In this document: piece by piece, positions 47,991-59,949 of the stretch
Numbering within the stretch: position 1 is the stretch's first letter
Layout of the letters: every line of letters begins with the position of its first letter
Assembly: GCA_965153455.1 (NCBI GenBank)
Contig: OZ234493.1
Coordinates: 8,236,213 to 8,300,212 of the forward strand
From: Sphagnum compactum
Taxonomy: Eukaryota
Length of the DNA: 64,000 nt
Reading direction: 5' to 3'
Translations under genes and position numbers: made by a program
The notes under the pieces: model-generated
What the model was told of the DNA's origin: nothing
Database searches by the model: none
Seen by the model: only the letters and a program-made list of their open reading frames with translations

Positions 47991-50106
47991 TCATTTTGCA
48001 ACCATGGTTTTTTTGGATTCCTCAAGTAGGTGCATGGTTAAGATCCTCAACACTAATTAATAGTAAATGGTGACTGTTATGGTGGACAAATAGATCCTTT
48101 TTGAACTCTGCTTAATTTCAGTAACCTACAAGAACAAGTTGTCTAAATATGATGATTTCTATTTTTTTCCTCAAAATATGGCAATTAAAAAAATTCCAAA
48201 AAACCCTTTGTTGGATTTGCCAATGTTTTTATTTTGTTACCAAGTTGCAAAAATTGGCCAAAACAAACACATTGCTTGCAACTTACCTACTTATTTACTA
48301 ACCTCCAACCTACTTATTAATTATTTAACTTTTTCACTTACATGAATAATAATGTGAAATAATTTTTTTGAAATGAATTAACACCTTTTGAAAATGTAGT
48401 TCATTCGTAAGGACTTGATGTATCATTTGAAGATGAAAGGTTCAATTCTTTATACCATAATACCTTTACCATTTTGGCAATAGATTGCTAAATAATTAAT
48501 TAAATCTTAAATCTTAACTTTGGCACTTGATTTTTTAATTTTGAAATTTTCGGCATGTAATGCTTATGCAAAACAATAAACAGTCTCTTGTCAATGTTAT
48601 TCAATAGTTTAATGTGCCTAGATTTTCTTAATTTAAGTCACTATTCTTGAAGGTTCAAAATTCAAACTTGACAGTGAGAATCTTGATTTTATTAAAATTT
48701 TGGCACAAATAATAAATAATTTTTCAAAAGTTCGACGAAATTAAAAATAATTTGATTTGTGTTGAAATGGTAAAGTTACTACGATACTCTAATCTATGTG
48801 CATGTCCAAAGGACTAGGTATGTAGGTTAGACTAAGATAAGCTAAGTTAGAATAGGATTACCACCTATCAACTTGTTTTTCTATGACCTACTTGAACATA
48901 TTTACTTTTTTTTTTGGTGCAGGGGAGGAACTTCATGTTTTCACGGAGGACAATAAATACCCCTAACAACCTTCATGTGCATCTAACACAAATAGAGCAC
49001 ACAATTTTGCAGAGTTCTACCACATGTAGCTTTACAAAACATTAACACATTTCATGTTTTGCAAAGAACGTTTCTTTTTTGGTATCTACTAGTGGCTTCA
49101 AATTCAAACCTAGCACTATCCTGACTCACTCTCGGTCAAATTAGATACAAGCAGCCTAACTCTAGCTGCCATACCACATCAAGGTTTATTACTAAATTTT
49201 AAGTTAAATCAAGCTAGGACGTCTATCCAATGTGAGAGAAACATGTGCAAACCATGTGCGCTCCGTGCATGAGGTTTCAAATGAAATAAGCTTGTTAATG
49301 CTCATTGGATTCATAGTTGGGCAAATCTCAAGGATCTTAATGTTACTATGGAATGGTCAAGCTGCTGTCCATTATGTTGGGAAGGCACCACATGACCCCA
49401 TTTGGGCGTGCTAACTAGGCACCATACCCACTGTAATGGGGCAAGGGCAGGGCCATCACATTACATTAAGGTCTGGGGTCGCACATTCAAAGATTTTTCT
49501 GAAAAGATCATGTTCTCCACTTGTATGAGTGTAGCCATAGTCATGGAAAGAATATGTCATACAAAGTGAACATTTGTGCAACTAAAGAATTGCTGGAAAA
49601 TGACTTGAATTGCTGGAAATGACTCGACAAGAATAAAGATATGAAGTTCAGAAGCCCACTCTGATCAATAATAAAGTAATTCAATCTTCAGAAACAGTTG
49701 TGCAGACCGTTTCACAACAGGCCCATTTTGAATGCTCAAGTTGCATTGTACAAACTTGACATGGAAAAAACCACCTACACTCACACAAATTTCACTTCAT
49801 TTGCCTAACATGGAAATCACTCAAACAATTGAAGATTTTGTTTGTGATACCCCATACTCCTAGCAACTTGAATGTGACTAGCTCATTTATCCTTGCATCC
49901 ACTTACAAGAAGACTTCTGATATATCCACGTCTATCTAGAACATAACCCAACATTTACAGGACAGAGATATCCCAGTAGAGTACACACAGGATTCCGACA
50001 CACAATAAGCATCTGTCCACCCTTTGCAGCATGATGGAGACAGAAAGCTGACATTTGCTGACACTCCACATCATTTGAAAATATTTTGGCAGCTCAACAC
50101 TATGGC

Positions 50107-53100
50107 CTATGCAAGGGGTACCAAAGGGGGTAGTAATGCTTCCAGACCATACTCTTGTTCTGAATATTTCTGCAAAAACGGGTGATTCTGCCACATATAC
50201 ACATAAAAGTTATTATCAGTACTCGAGATATCAGTCACCTATCATTTCCATCTATGCAGCTTACTACCTTACAAGAGGAAACAAATACTGGTTTAAAATC
50301 TTGATGTGTCTTACAACCACACCTGTTCAGCTAGAAAAGGAGACAAGCCATTTTGGGATCCACTGAAGGGTTACACAATCACTGCCAGTCAGATTACAGA
50401 ATGAGGGTGAGCTGAACACAATAGCATTGCTGTAAGTGCAAAAGATTATACTTACCAAAAGTTCTGCAGCTGATAAGCGATCTTTAGGCTCCTTTTGAAC
50501 ACTGTGTAGACAAAATAGAGTTTGAAGATGTCAGGTCTCCGACAACATAATGCATACTTTGTGATCACCTCATTCAAAGTCTTGCTAGACACCCAAGTCC
50601 TAACCCTAACCCTAATCTCCACACAGACTCATCAACAAGAAAGACAAGGGGCACACCATGCAGAAATGAAAGAGCAAAACTCTGGTGAGAATTTGTCAGC
50701 AGGAGCAACAGGCGGGGGCTGTTCAACAATGGTCTCAAGAAGCTCATAGAAGTTGAGCCAGCCCTCATCCTCTCCAGGTGGCTGGTAAGGGAATCGACCC
50801 AGTGCACACTCCAACAATGTCAACCCTAAGCTCCATATGTCACTGTCATACCCATATTTGCTCCCACTGATGCGCTCTGGCTGCCAAATTTTCACAAATA
50901 TAGGTATCACTTTTGAATACTCGCTCAAAGCATTCAACTTCACACTTACCTGCTCTGATTGCATCTACATTACGGACAATGGTAACATTTAACATAACAA
51001 AAATTACCTAAAGGCTATTAAACATACCGACATATATGTATATGTGCCAACAAATGTTTCTCGTTGACCCATTGAATTTGCCAGAACTGCACTCACGCCA
51101 AAATCTGAGATTTTGACTTCACCCTTGTGGTTTACAAGCAAGTTGGAGGGCTTAATGTCCCTATGAATGATATGCCTGACTTGATGTAGGTAATCAAACC
51201 CTTTCAATACCTACCAACCCTCAACCCCATTTCAGTGAAGACCCTGTTCTGTTGATACTCAAAAGAATTCCAAGAAAAAGAGCACACATAATGTCGACAC
51301 TGCTCCGCTAAAAGATTTTCCATCAGTCAGCATTGCCTGGAAAATCTTTGAGGAACATAATACATTGTGTACAAGATTGGGGTTTCAGAAGAATCACCAC
51401 TAAATTTTTGGTTCTACACAGGTGCAAAATTGGATACTTTTCACAGACATCAGCAAGGAAAACCAGGGAACAGCTAAGGCTTACATGCTTGCTGATAATT
51501 GCCAAATAAGGCTCAGGGATCTGCTTCACTTCTTTGATGATGTCAGCAAGGGAACCCCCATCCATGTACTCAAGCACAATAGAGATGACACCATTGTTGT
51601 AAAAGGAATCGTAACACACCACCACATAAGGAAATTGGGCAGACTGATTAATTTTCAGCTCCTGGACTATCTGCTTTCGTACTGTTTCATGAATGTTCAT
51701 TTGAATCACCTGCACATATTATTGCTTTTTCCATGAGAACAGAGATTCAACAACAACATCGGATGTTGGCTCAGAAAAATTGGGATTCAAAGATCAAAAG
51801 GAGAATATCACCTTCAAAGCATACATGTTGTTTGAAAACTTGTGGCGGACAAGCTGCACAACCCCGCCACTGCCCTTGCCAATAACTTTTACGGTCTCCA
51901 AATCTGCAAGAGACATCTGAGCTTCTGCTGCAGGTTGGACCTGTACCCCAAATCCCATGTTCAAATCATGCTAAACTAAGCTATCACAAATCTTTACCAA
52001 TTGATCTCAATTACAGCTCACAAGCACCTGTAACCACTCAACGTGTCACATAAAGTTGCTATAATCAGGAACATATAAGGGGCAAACTGCACAGTCACTA
52101 AGAACCTGTTCAGCTAGCTTCAAACATGGAAACAAAGATCGATGAAGTTGCAGAGAAATCTCCACAACAACAATTAAAGGTAACACGACAATGAGTGCAG
52201 TCATAACCTCATGAGAGTCGCTCACGAAGTGACAGACCATCACCTTCAAACATGGAAACAAAGAATGAAAGTCTCACCTGAATCTCTTTTGAGCTGTAAC
52301 AGAAAGACTTCCTTCTAAGATATCAATACTTCTACACTGCAATGTGACTTCAAACCTCTTAGCCAATGGTTCCCATTGATTGTCCATACGCTAGTGACAC
52401 AACTGACAAAAAACCCTAGGGACAAATTTCTGTAAGTAGACCATGATAGATTAGCCACACAGCTGACAGCAAACCGTATGGACAAAGTTCTGTGACACCA
52501 TGATTTCAATAAACAGGAAACCAGGGATACTAGAGTAAACATAGGGTTCCAAGTTGTGCAGGGACCTACTGCTGGAGTGGTTTCTTGTGAAACCACACGC
52601 AGGCCTTCCTTGTTAAGCAAGATGTCACCATCCTGAAATGTGCCGCTTGCCGTCCTGCATGGAAGGTCAGACGCAAACAGACCAATCTGTCATCTCTGGA
52701 CCAGATCTCGATGTGCAGCGAACTAGTAGCATGACTGATTATTTCAGGTGTGAGGTGACTGAATACTATTTAGAATGCTAGGCCATCCAGACGTAGAAAA
52801 CCTGCGGCATCCGTTATTAAAGCAATTCCTTCACATGCAGTTTCAGAAAGCCACAAAAACAGAGGCAAAAGAGAGAGAGAGCGATCTAGTCAGAGAGCTA
52901 AAGCTTCTAATGGACACAATACCATCAATGGTCGGTAAGGCTAGGGTTTCAGATCGAGCGAAAAAACACGCAGCCTTGCCTATGTCCCTTCTTCAATCTC
53001 TTGCCTTCGCAAGTGCACTTAAAGGGAGGCAAAAAGACCACACACACACGGGCATACACACACACATACACATGAGGAGCAATAGGAGGCGGGAAAGGCA

Positions 53101-53200
53101 AAACGAAAATGTACAGGAAGTCGGAGATCGTGTTCTCCTGCTTAGGGACTGTGACTCTGAGACCTCGCTTGACCTCCTTCCCCCTCATGCTGGGTTTCAT
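50107..53200 (-). CDS. MKK6: Mitogen-activated protein kinase kinase, plant group A (MKK6/NQK1-like), ~352 aa
   Basis: Exons 53200-53115, 52654-52570, 51940-51812, 51709-51485, 51210-51028, 50880-50657, 50501-50456, 50187-50107 total 1059 nt in frame. Motifs [39 protein letters not shown], activation loop S-MGQRE-T (S/T-x5-S/T) [13 protein letters not shown]. Group A is secure; the MKK6 versus MKK1/2 assignment is less so. Confidence 0.93.
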
Positions 53201-53817
53201 GTTGGCCGCTCCCCCTCGAAACCCCCACACACCGGCCGCTCTATTCAGGAGTGTGCAAATCACTATTCCATGGCCAAATGATAATAATAAATCTATTTCC
53301 GGGAGGAGGGGCGGGGGAAATACTTCTCTAGCGCACGAGGAAATAAACACAACACTACACGAGTACGATACTTACTTAATGCCAGGAGTGTTGTTCTCTG
53401 AGCTAGCTATCTATGCTTTCCCCCCTCCCGCACAAAAGCTGCAAATAAGACAAACAGAGGAAGAAGAAGAAGAGAAAGAAGCTCCGCGAGGACGGCGAAC
53501 GCAACACTGCCGTTGTTTTGTGTCGGCTCCGGTGCCGTCCGTCGTCGTTCATTCCTCTTCGTCTGCCTGACTGCCTACCCGTCTGCCCGTCTTCCTGCCC
53601 GTCTGCCTGACTGCCTGCCCGTCTGCCCTTCCTTCATTCCTTCCTTCCCTGCCCGTGCTGCACGGTGATAGGGAGGTCCTGGTAAATAATTCCTGCCTAG
53701 GTAATTCTTTCTTTAGGTCTTTTACCCTATCTGCATATCGTAGTTATTCCAAGTTACTCGCTTCCTTCGTTTTTGACATTTGTGGTGATGTAGGGTAAAG
53801 CCTAGGGTCACAAGCTC

Positions 53818-54054
53818 GCCTCGGGCTATACCTTGGTCGCCTTTGGGCTTTACCCTTTGTTGCCTCAGGCTATACCTTGGTCGCATTTGGGCTTTACCCT
53901 TTGTTGCCTCGGGCTATCTATACCTTTGTCACCTTGGGCTTTACCCTTTGTTGCCTCGGGCTATACCTTTGTCACCTTTGGGCTTTACCCATTGTTGCCT
54001 CGGGCTATACCTTTGTCGCCTTTGGGCTTTACCTATTGTTGCTTCAGGCTATAC
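53818..54054. repeat. 44-bp tandem repeat (~5.3 copies) made of two related ~22-bp halves
   Basis: GCCTCGGGCTATACCTTGGTC + GCCTTTGGGCTTTACCCTTTGTT starting at 53818, 53862, 53906, 53953, 53997 and 54041. Confidence 0.92.
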
Positions 54055-55719
54055 TTCTCTCACTTCTTACGGAGTTAGGTGTAAAAGATCTTCGAGGTTT
54101 CCTAAGAGGGATGGATATTCATGGATGTAAGGTGCCCTCCAAATATAAATACGCAAAAGAAATTTGTGCAATTGCTTGACCTATATTTTTTGTTGGCTCT
54201 GCCCGTAAGGACTTTGCAAAGACTTTTGTTTTGCATCATCGGTGTAGAATTTGGGATACACCATTGTCGTGTAGTTTTTTGCATTTTCAATAGAACCACA
54301 CAAGTCCATGTTTTGACATTTTAATCAAAATTCGGGAAGGTTCTCTATGTCAGGTTTTGAGGAAGTTTTGAAAAATGTGTAAACCTCTGGACAACAAGTT
54401 TTTTATTTCTCTTTTATTTCCTTTGTATTAAATTTTTTTAAATAAATTGTTTTTATTTTATTTTTATTGTTATTTTTTTGGCTTTTCCCAAAGGTGGTCA
54501 TGGGCTATAACTTACAATGGTTTTCATTTGCCTCTTCACCCTAATAACATTACATCACACACTCCATCTTATTTCAACTTGTCACCTTCTCACTCGTTGT
54601 CCAACCCTCCTATAAAAGCATCAGCCTTCACCTTCTTTCATCCGTCAACATTTTTTTATCATATCTTGATATGATAGTATTAAAATGTGCAAGGTAAGTA
54701 TATGATAACATGATCCACTGCATGTGGAATCATTTTCAAATAGCATATTTGTAAATTTTCAATTCGATTTAGGATTTAATGTTTCTCATGTAACCTATGT
54801 GTTGTGATGTAATATACATTAAAAAATGACCCAAAAAAATGATTCATTTCTATCAACATTTGAGGATGGACAAACACTAATTTAAGATTTGTAACCACTT
54901 TTGAAGTCCTAAGTAAATAGTTTAAGAATTTTCAAAATTGATCCAAATTTTCCTATGAAATTTTCATATTAATATACCTTGAATAATCATTACAATTTAA
55001 AAATCATCATTTGGATTGATGTAAAATAAATGGTAACTTTTTTAAAAATAATATTGTAAAAGTGGTGTAATATTCAAAATTATGATTAAAACATAAAATG
55101 TGTGCAATAGTTGCACATCACATTTCAATGTCAAGTCATTATTCCTATGTTTTTGGAAAAGGAGTTGGGTGTGAATTGTACTCCCATAAACTTACTCACA
55201 ATGCAAAATATTGGTAGACTATTATTAAAAGACACAACATGAACATTACAAGTTACAACATGTTTGCCAATGAGTTTTAAATGAATCTACGATAAATCCA
55301 CGACCCAATTTGGCCATAACTCTTAGCTCACAACTCCAATTGAGAATGTGAATTCACTTTCAACACTTACGTTTCAAAACTTGTCCAACGATATGTTGGG
55401 AGTTCGATTTGAATCACATTTGTAGTAGTAGAAATCTTGTCGTTTTTTATCAGTCACTATGCAACTAAGTGTAATTAGGTGTCGTTTGCAACTAGATTGT
55501 TTATGCTTGCAATTACAAAATGGGTATTGTATAATTTTTAGTCATACAATTGTATATGTAACTAATATGTAACTATAAATGTATAAAATGGACACGTGTC
55601 ATAAAATTCATAACCTAAGCTAATATATACCTACATTAATACACGTAATATGTCTACCTAAACTATGTATAATAATCTTATACCTTTAGTACTAAAACTA
55701 AACACACATTAACTAATGT

Positions 55720-56199
55720 TACCCAAGGCAAAACTTTACCTAAACCTAAGTTAAATTCACACTAACCTAGGCTAAACTTAACATAGACCTTGGATAAATT
55801 AAGCATGGTTGAATTACCTTAAGCTAAACTAACCATGGTTAAATTAACTATGAAGATAAACTAATTAATATACTAAACTAACCATGGTTAAATTAGCTGA
55901 CTAAATTAATTATGAAGCTAAAAACTAATTAGAAGATTAAACTAACCATGATTACATTAACTTTGATTAAATTAGCCATGGCTAAACTAACCATGAATAA
56001 ATTAATTTTGATTTAATTAACGATGGCTAAACTAATTTTGGTTATATTAGCCATGACTAAATTAACCACAACTAAACTTATTTTGCTAAATTAGCTATGG
56101 TTAAACTAACCAAGGTTAAACTAATTTAGCTAAATTAAACATGGCTAAATTAACCAAGGTTAAACTAATTTTAGTTGAATTAAGCATGGCTAAACTAAA
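55720..56199. repeat. Quasi-palindromic AT-rich minisatellite (TAAACTAACCATGGTTAAATTA)
   Basis: More than ten degenerate copies of CTAAACTAACCA(T/A)GG(T/C)TAAATTA. Confidence 0.8.
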
Positions 56200-56632
56200 C
56201 GACGCGCTCCTAATCTCCTTGATAGACTCAAGATGAGTCTAAAGTAAGAAAACAGCGGAAAGGTTAGGAGCTCGGGGCACGTTCCCTGGCTCTCAGCACT
56301 TAAAGGGGTAGAGGGGCATGCTGGAGCTCTGGGATGGGACTAAGAAGAGTGACAAGCAATCTATTTATTCATTCGAATTTGCATCCAACCAACCAACACG
56401 TTGGTTAGTACCATGTTGGAGCACCTTTGGTGCTAGGACGAACCACGGGCGACCTCGGATTCACAAGATTCACCACGGCCCGGACTCGAGGGAAGCCACC
56501 ACCTTCCCCCATATAGTATACTATGCACCTTTCCGCGAGGCCTACATCCAAATGGTTTTTTGTCCTAGGACTTTCGAAGGAGAGTCCCGAAACTGCCAAG
56601 GTTGAAACTCCCGCAACTTTGCGGGGCCGTAA
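56200..56632. mobile_element. LTR-retrotransposon LTR-like fragment
   Basis: GC-rich island with sharp edges in AT-rich DNA. CACAAGATTCACCACGGCCCGGACTCGAGGGAAGCCACCACCTTCCCCC..GAGTCCCGAAA resembles a very abundant Sphagnum LTR-type repeat (recalled, not searched). Confidence 0.6.
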
Positions 56633-56899
56633 TTAAATGTCATCACATGTTTCTACTATAATTCCAGCAACTCTAATTCTAACTATGTTGTGTGCACATA
56701 AAAAAAAAAATCTCTTCAACTCCAACAAATTCCAGAACTACATCTTAAACCTCTAATCATTTCCCTCCAAAAGTAATTTCGAATCAAATGCCCAATAATT
56801 TTGGTTTTAACCAACTCATTAATTGTCTTATTACATCCTTGCCCTTCATTAACTAATCATTGCCTTGTTGAATCTGTTCCATTCACTAAGTAACATAAC

Positions 56900-59450
56900 C
56901 TTCCCTCCATTCTAGATCCCGTCCTCAAAATCCTTACTTCAATATAAAAAAATGTCTTGTTTTTCATATCATTGTGTTAATCATTTGTGGCTTGATTTGT
57001 TCCTCCTGATTGCTAGTATTTGTAGCTGCATTGCAACTTGTTGTTTTATACGACCTTCAACTTCTATACTCACCTGAAGAATTGGAACTTCTGATAGTGG
57101 TGCTATTATACCTTGTTGGTTTTGCTTAAAGGCATATAGACATTGTTTGTAAGTTTCCTCATCCCTTCTATGCATAGCCAAGTTTTTCTAGATCTCCTCT
57201 TAGAACTGAGCTTTTGCTAGCTTCTAACACTCATTATGTTCAACATTGGAATCATCCATCTATTATTTGGTATGCACTATTGAATAATATTGTACCAACT
57301 CATCATACTCTTCCAATTTGTTGTTGACATATGCTAGATTGAAATCCTTGTTCTTCTCCACCAAATCATCCAGCTTTGATTTGGTTTTGATGATTTTCCT
57401 TCTTTCACCCCCATGATTGTTTGTTCCTTATGTTATTCTACTTTTTGTCTATGGAACTCCTTTCCTGTAATCATGTTCTTAATTTGTAAAATTTGTACCG
57501 TCATCTTCTCCATGGTTTGATTTTTAGTATCATGTTCCTACAACCATAGTACCCCCTCTCTTTCCAAGCCCTCAATCTTATGCTTATATTCTATTAATGC
57601 CTTCTAATATGCATGGTCTTCATCATTCCATGCCTCCTCTTTTTTCTTCAATTCTTGGCATTCCCTCTGCAAAGTTGTCCATTCCACCATCTTCCTCTTC
57701 AACTCCGTATTTTCTATGGTTAGTTCCAACATTTTTACATTGCCTTTTTCTTTCGTCTCCTTCTATTTTTTCCAATTTGTTATACATTATCATATCTTGC
57801 CTGCTCCTGCTTCATCTGCTTCAACAATCCTTGTTTTTCCCCCTCCATTGTGGTTAACCTACTTTTAAAATTGAATTTCCAAACCCAAATTATTCGTATT
57901 CATACTCACAATTGCCATTGCTTGAAACATCTCAACAATTTTGTTATTTCCCAACACCTCTTCTACTAGCTTTTCTATAGATTTAGGTGTCAAATTTTGT
58001 GGGGTCTTTTCCTTAGAAACATCTTTTAATGACATTTCCCTTATCCTTCATTTGTAAACCTAGATCCATGTCCAACATTTGTCCTTTTGCTAATTGTGGT
58101 CTACTCTATGGTAACACTATGGCAGGTGGTTTAAAATCATTAAATGTTGGTCCTAATACAACCATGTCTATGGTTCCTGAGATGGATGTGGTTGTTGTTG
58201 TTCCATTTGTGGTTGTGTGACTTGTGCTTCCATTAGAGCCTCCTCATGGACCTCCATTTGAGCATGAAAATCATATAAATCGTCCACTTCATCATACTGC
58301 ATCTATTCATGTTGTTTTTATAGTGCTACTATCACCTGAGGTGATATGCTCCTTTCTGATTTAATCTATTGCAAATGCTCCCTCCTTTCTTGCTCATGTT
58401 TTGAGCTATGATCCCTTTGTGGTTTGGATGGAATATGTTTGCTTGCCATTCCTAGAGCTATAATTCTTGTTGGTCTAGTGTTTCCATGCATGACTTTTTA
58501 AGGTCTAACATCCTTTCCCGACTTCCTTCACTAATCTGATCCTTTCTTTTCTATAGAGATCTCGCAGATCCCCTTGTTACACCCCTCCTATTGTCCAACA
58601 CTTGTTGCAACTCCTGTTTAAACCTCATGGATTTTTTTAAAGTTCTTGTTGTTTTCTTTGCTGTAACCTTATAATCCTCCTAAAACATGTACCTAAACAA
58701 TCTCTCTAAAACCAACGCTGAATGACAAATTTCTTTCTTCTCCTCATGTTTTCCTCCTAGCTGCATCTTTTCTTGCATCTTTGTCCATTTATCCAACTCA
58801 TTGCACAAATTATTAAATAGAATTTATGCCCAATCTACCCCAATTCCCTCATGTATTTTCATGAATGTTAGTGCATTCTTGTTATTCATGTAATTCACTT
58901 TTTCCTTTTGGTAAATCACATATATAACTTAAGGGTATCAAATAATATTTGGTAGTTTACACTTGTTAACATTCCATTGGTTTGCATTGGTGTATAGAGG
59001 TTTGGTATCACATTTGAACAACAATTATTTTGTTAATGTTTTTGTCACTTGGTTTTTGGGATCCTCAACATAACCACTCTAGTAAACATCAAATGCATTA
59101 GCTATTAATTGTTTACTAATGACATACATTATGTTTCTCCTACCAAAATAAATTTTAGATCCTTTGGTCACAAATGTATTCTAGAATTATACCAATGCAT
59201 CATGATCTGGTTCCTTCCACTCAATGGCCAACAACTTGACCAAAACTACCTTATTAGCCCATGCCTCTTCTTTTTTTCCCATCTTCTTCCACATCTCTAG
59301 TATGTCCACCTATTTAGAATAACTTTGTTTAATTGGAATAAAAAATATATTTGTTCTCATCTAGGATCATAATTCTTCTTTCTACTAAAGTTTTTTTATT
59401 CATCTTCCCCTGTTTTTTGTTTCTTGGTACAAATATTGGTAAGTTTTCCA
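56900..59450 (-). mobile_element. Degraded retrotransposon-associated ORF (extra-ORF/plant transposon protein-like)
   Basis: Minus frame ~59219-58760 reads WKEPDHDALV*F*NTFV..YVISKQLIANAF..QWNV..VIYQKEKVNY..GIGVDWA*ILFNNLCNELDKW, with several stops but no frameshift. Downstream sequence looks like decayed K/E-rich coding DNA. Confidence 0.5.
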
Positions 59451-59949
59451 AATTTGATTGAGATGATGGAAAGCAAGAGTTGTTGTTCTACCATCTATGG
59501 CTACACGTCCTTGTGTGTGATTTTTGTGGTTTCACCAACTTCTGTCATTGCTTCAATGAGTCTCTAGACTGCACCAACACCACTAGAAGAAATCCCCCAA
59601 AGTGCAACCAATGCATTTGCAATTACATGCAATTAATTGTTAATGTAACTAGTTCTAATTTTTTTTGCAATTATTTTGCACCGTTGACCATTCTTGCAAC
59701 TATGCTACAACTACATTTCCAACTAATGACTTCTTCATCCTACAGATTAGAATTTTTTTCATCCATGATCATACCCATATGTCCCATTAGTTGTAAATGG
59801 AACTATACTTAGTTGCATTATTAGGGTGTCAAGATAGCCCTAGTGTTCTACATAAATGTATTAAGAAACTTTTGAAAAGTATGTGTACTTTTGTTAAGTT
59901 CTATTAGGGGTGTAATACAGGTGTGTTTCCACTTGTGTATTTATAAAAT

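Noticed and set aside
52775-53570. Plus-strand ORFs of 153-168 aa at the MAPKK 5' end
   Set aside because: Antisense to MAPKK exon 1, leader and intron; GC-rich low-complexity translations.
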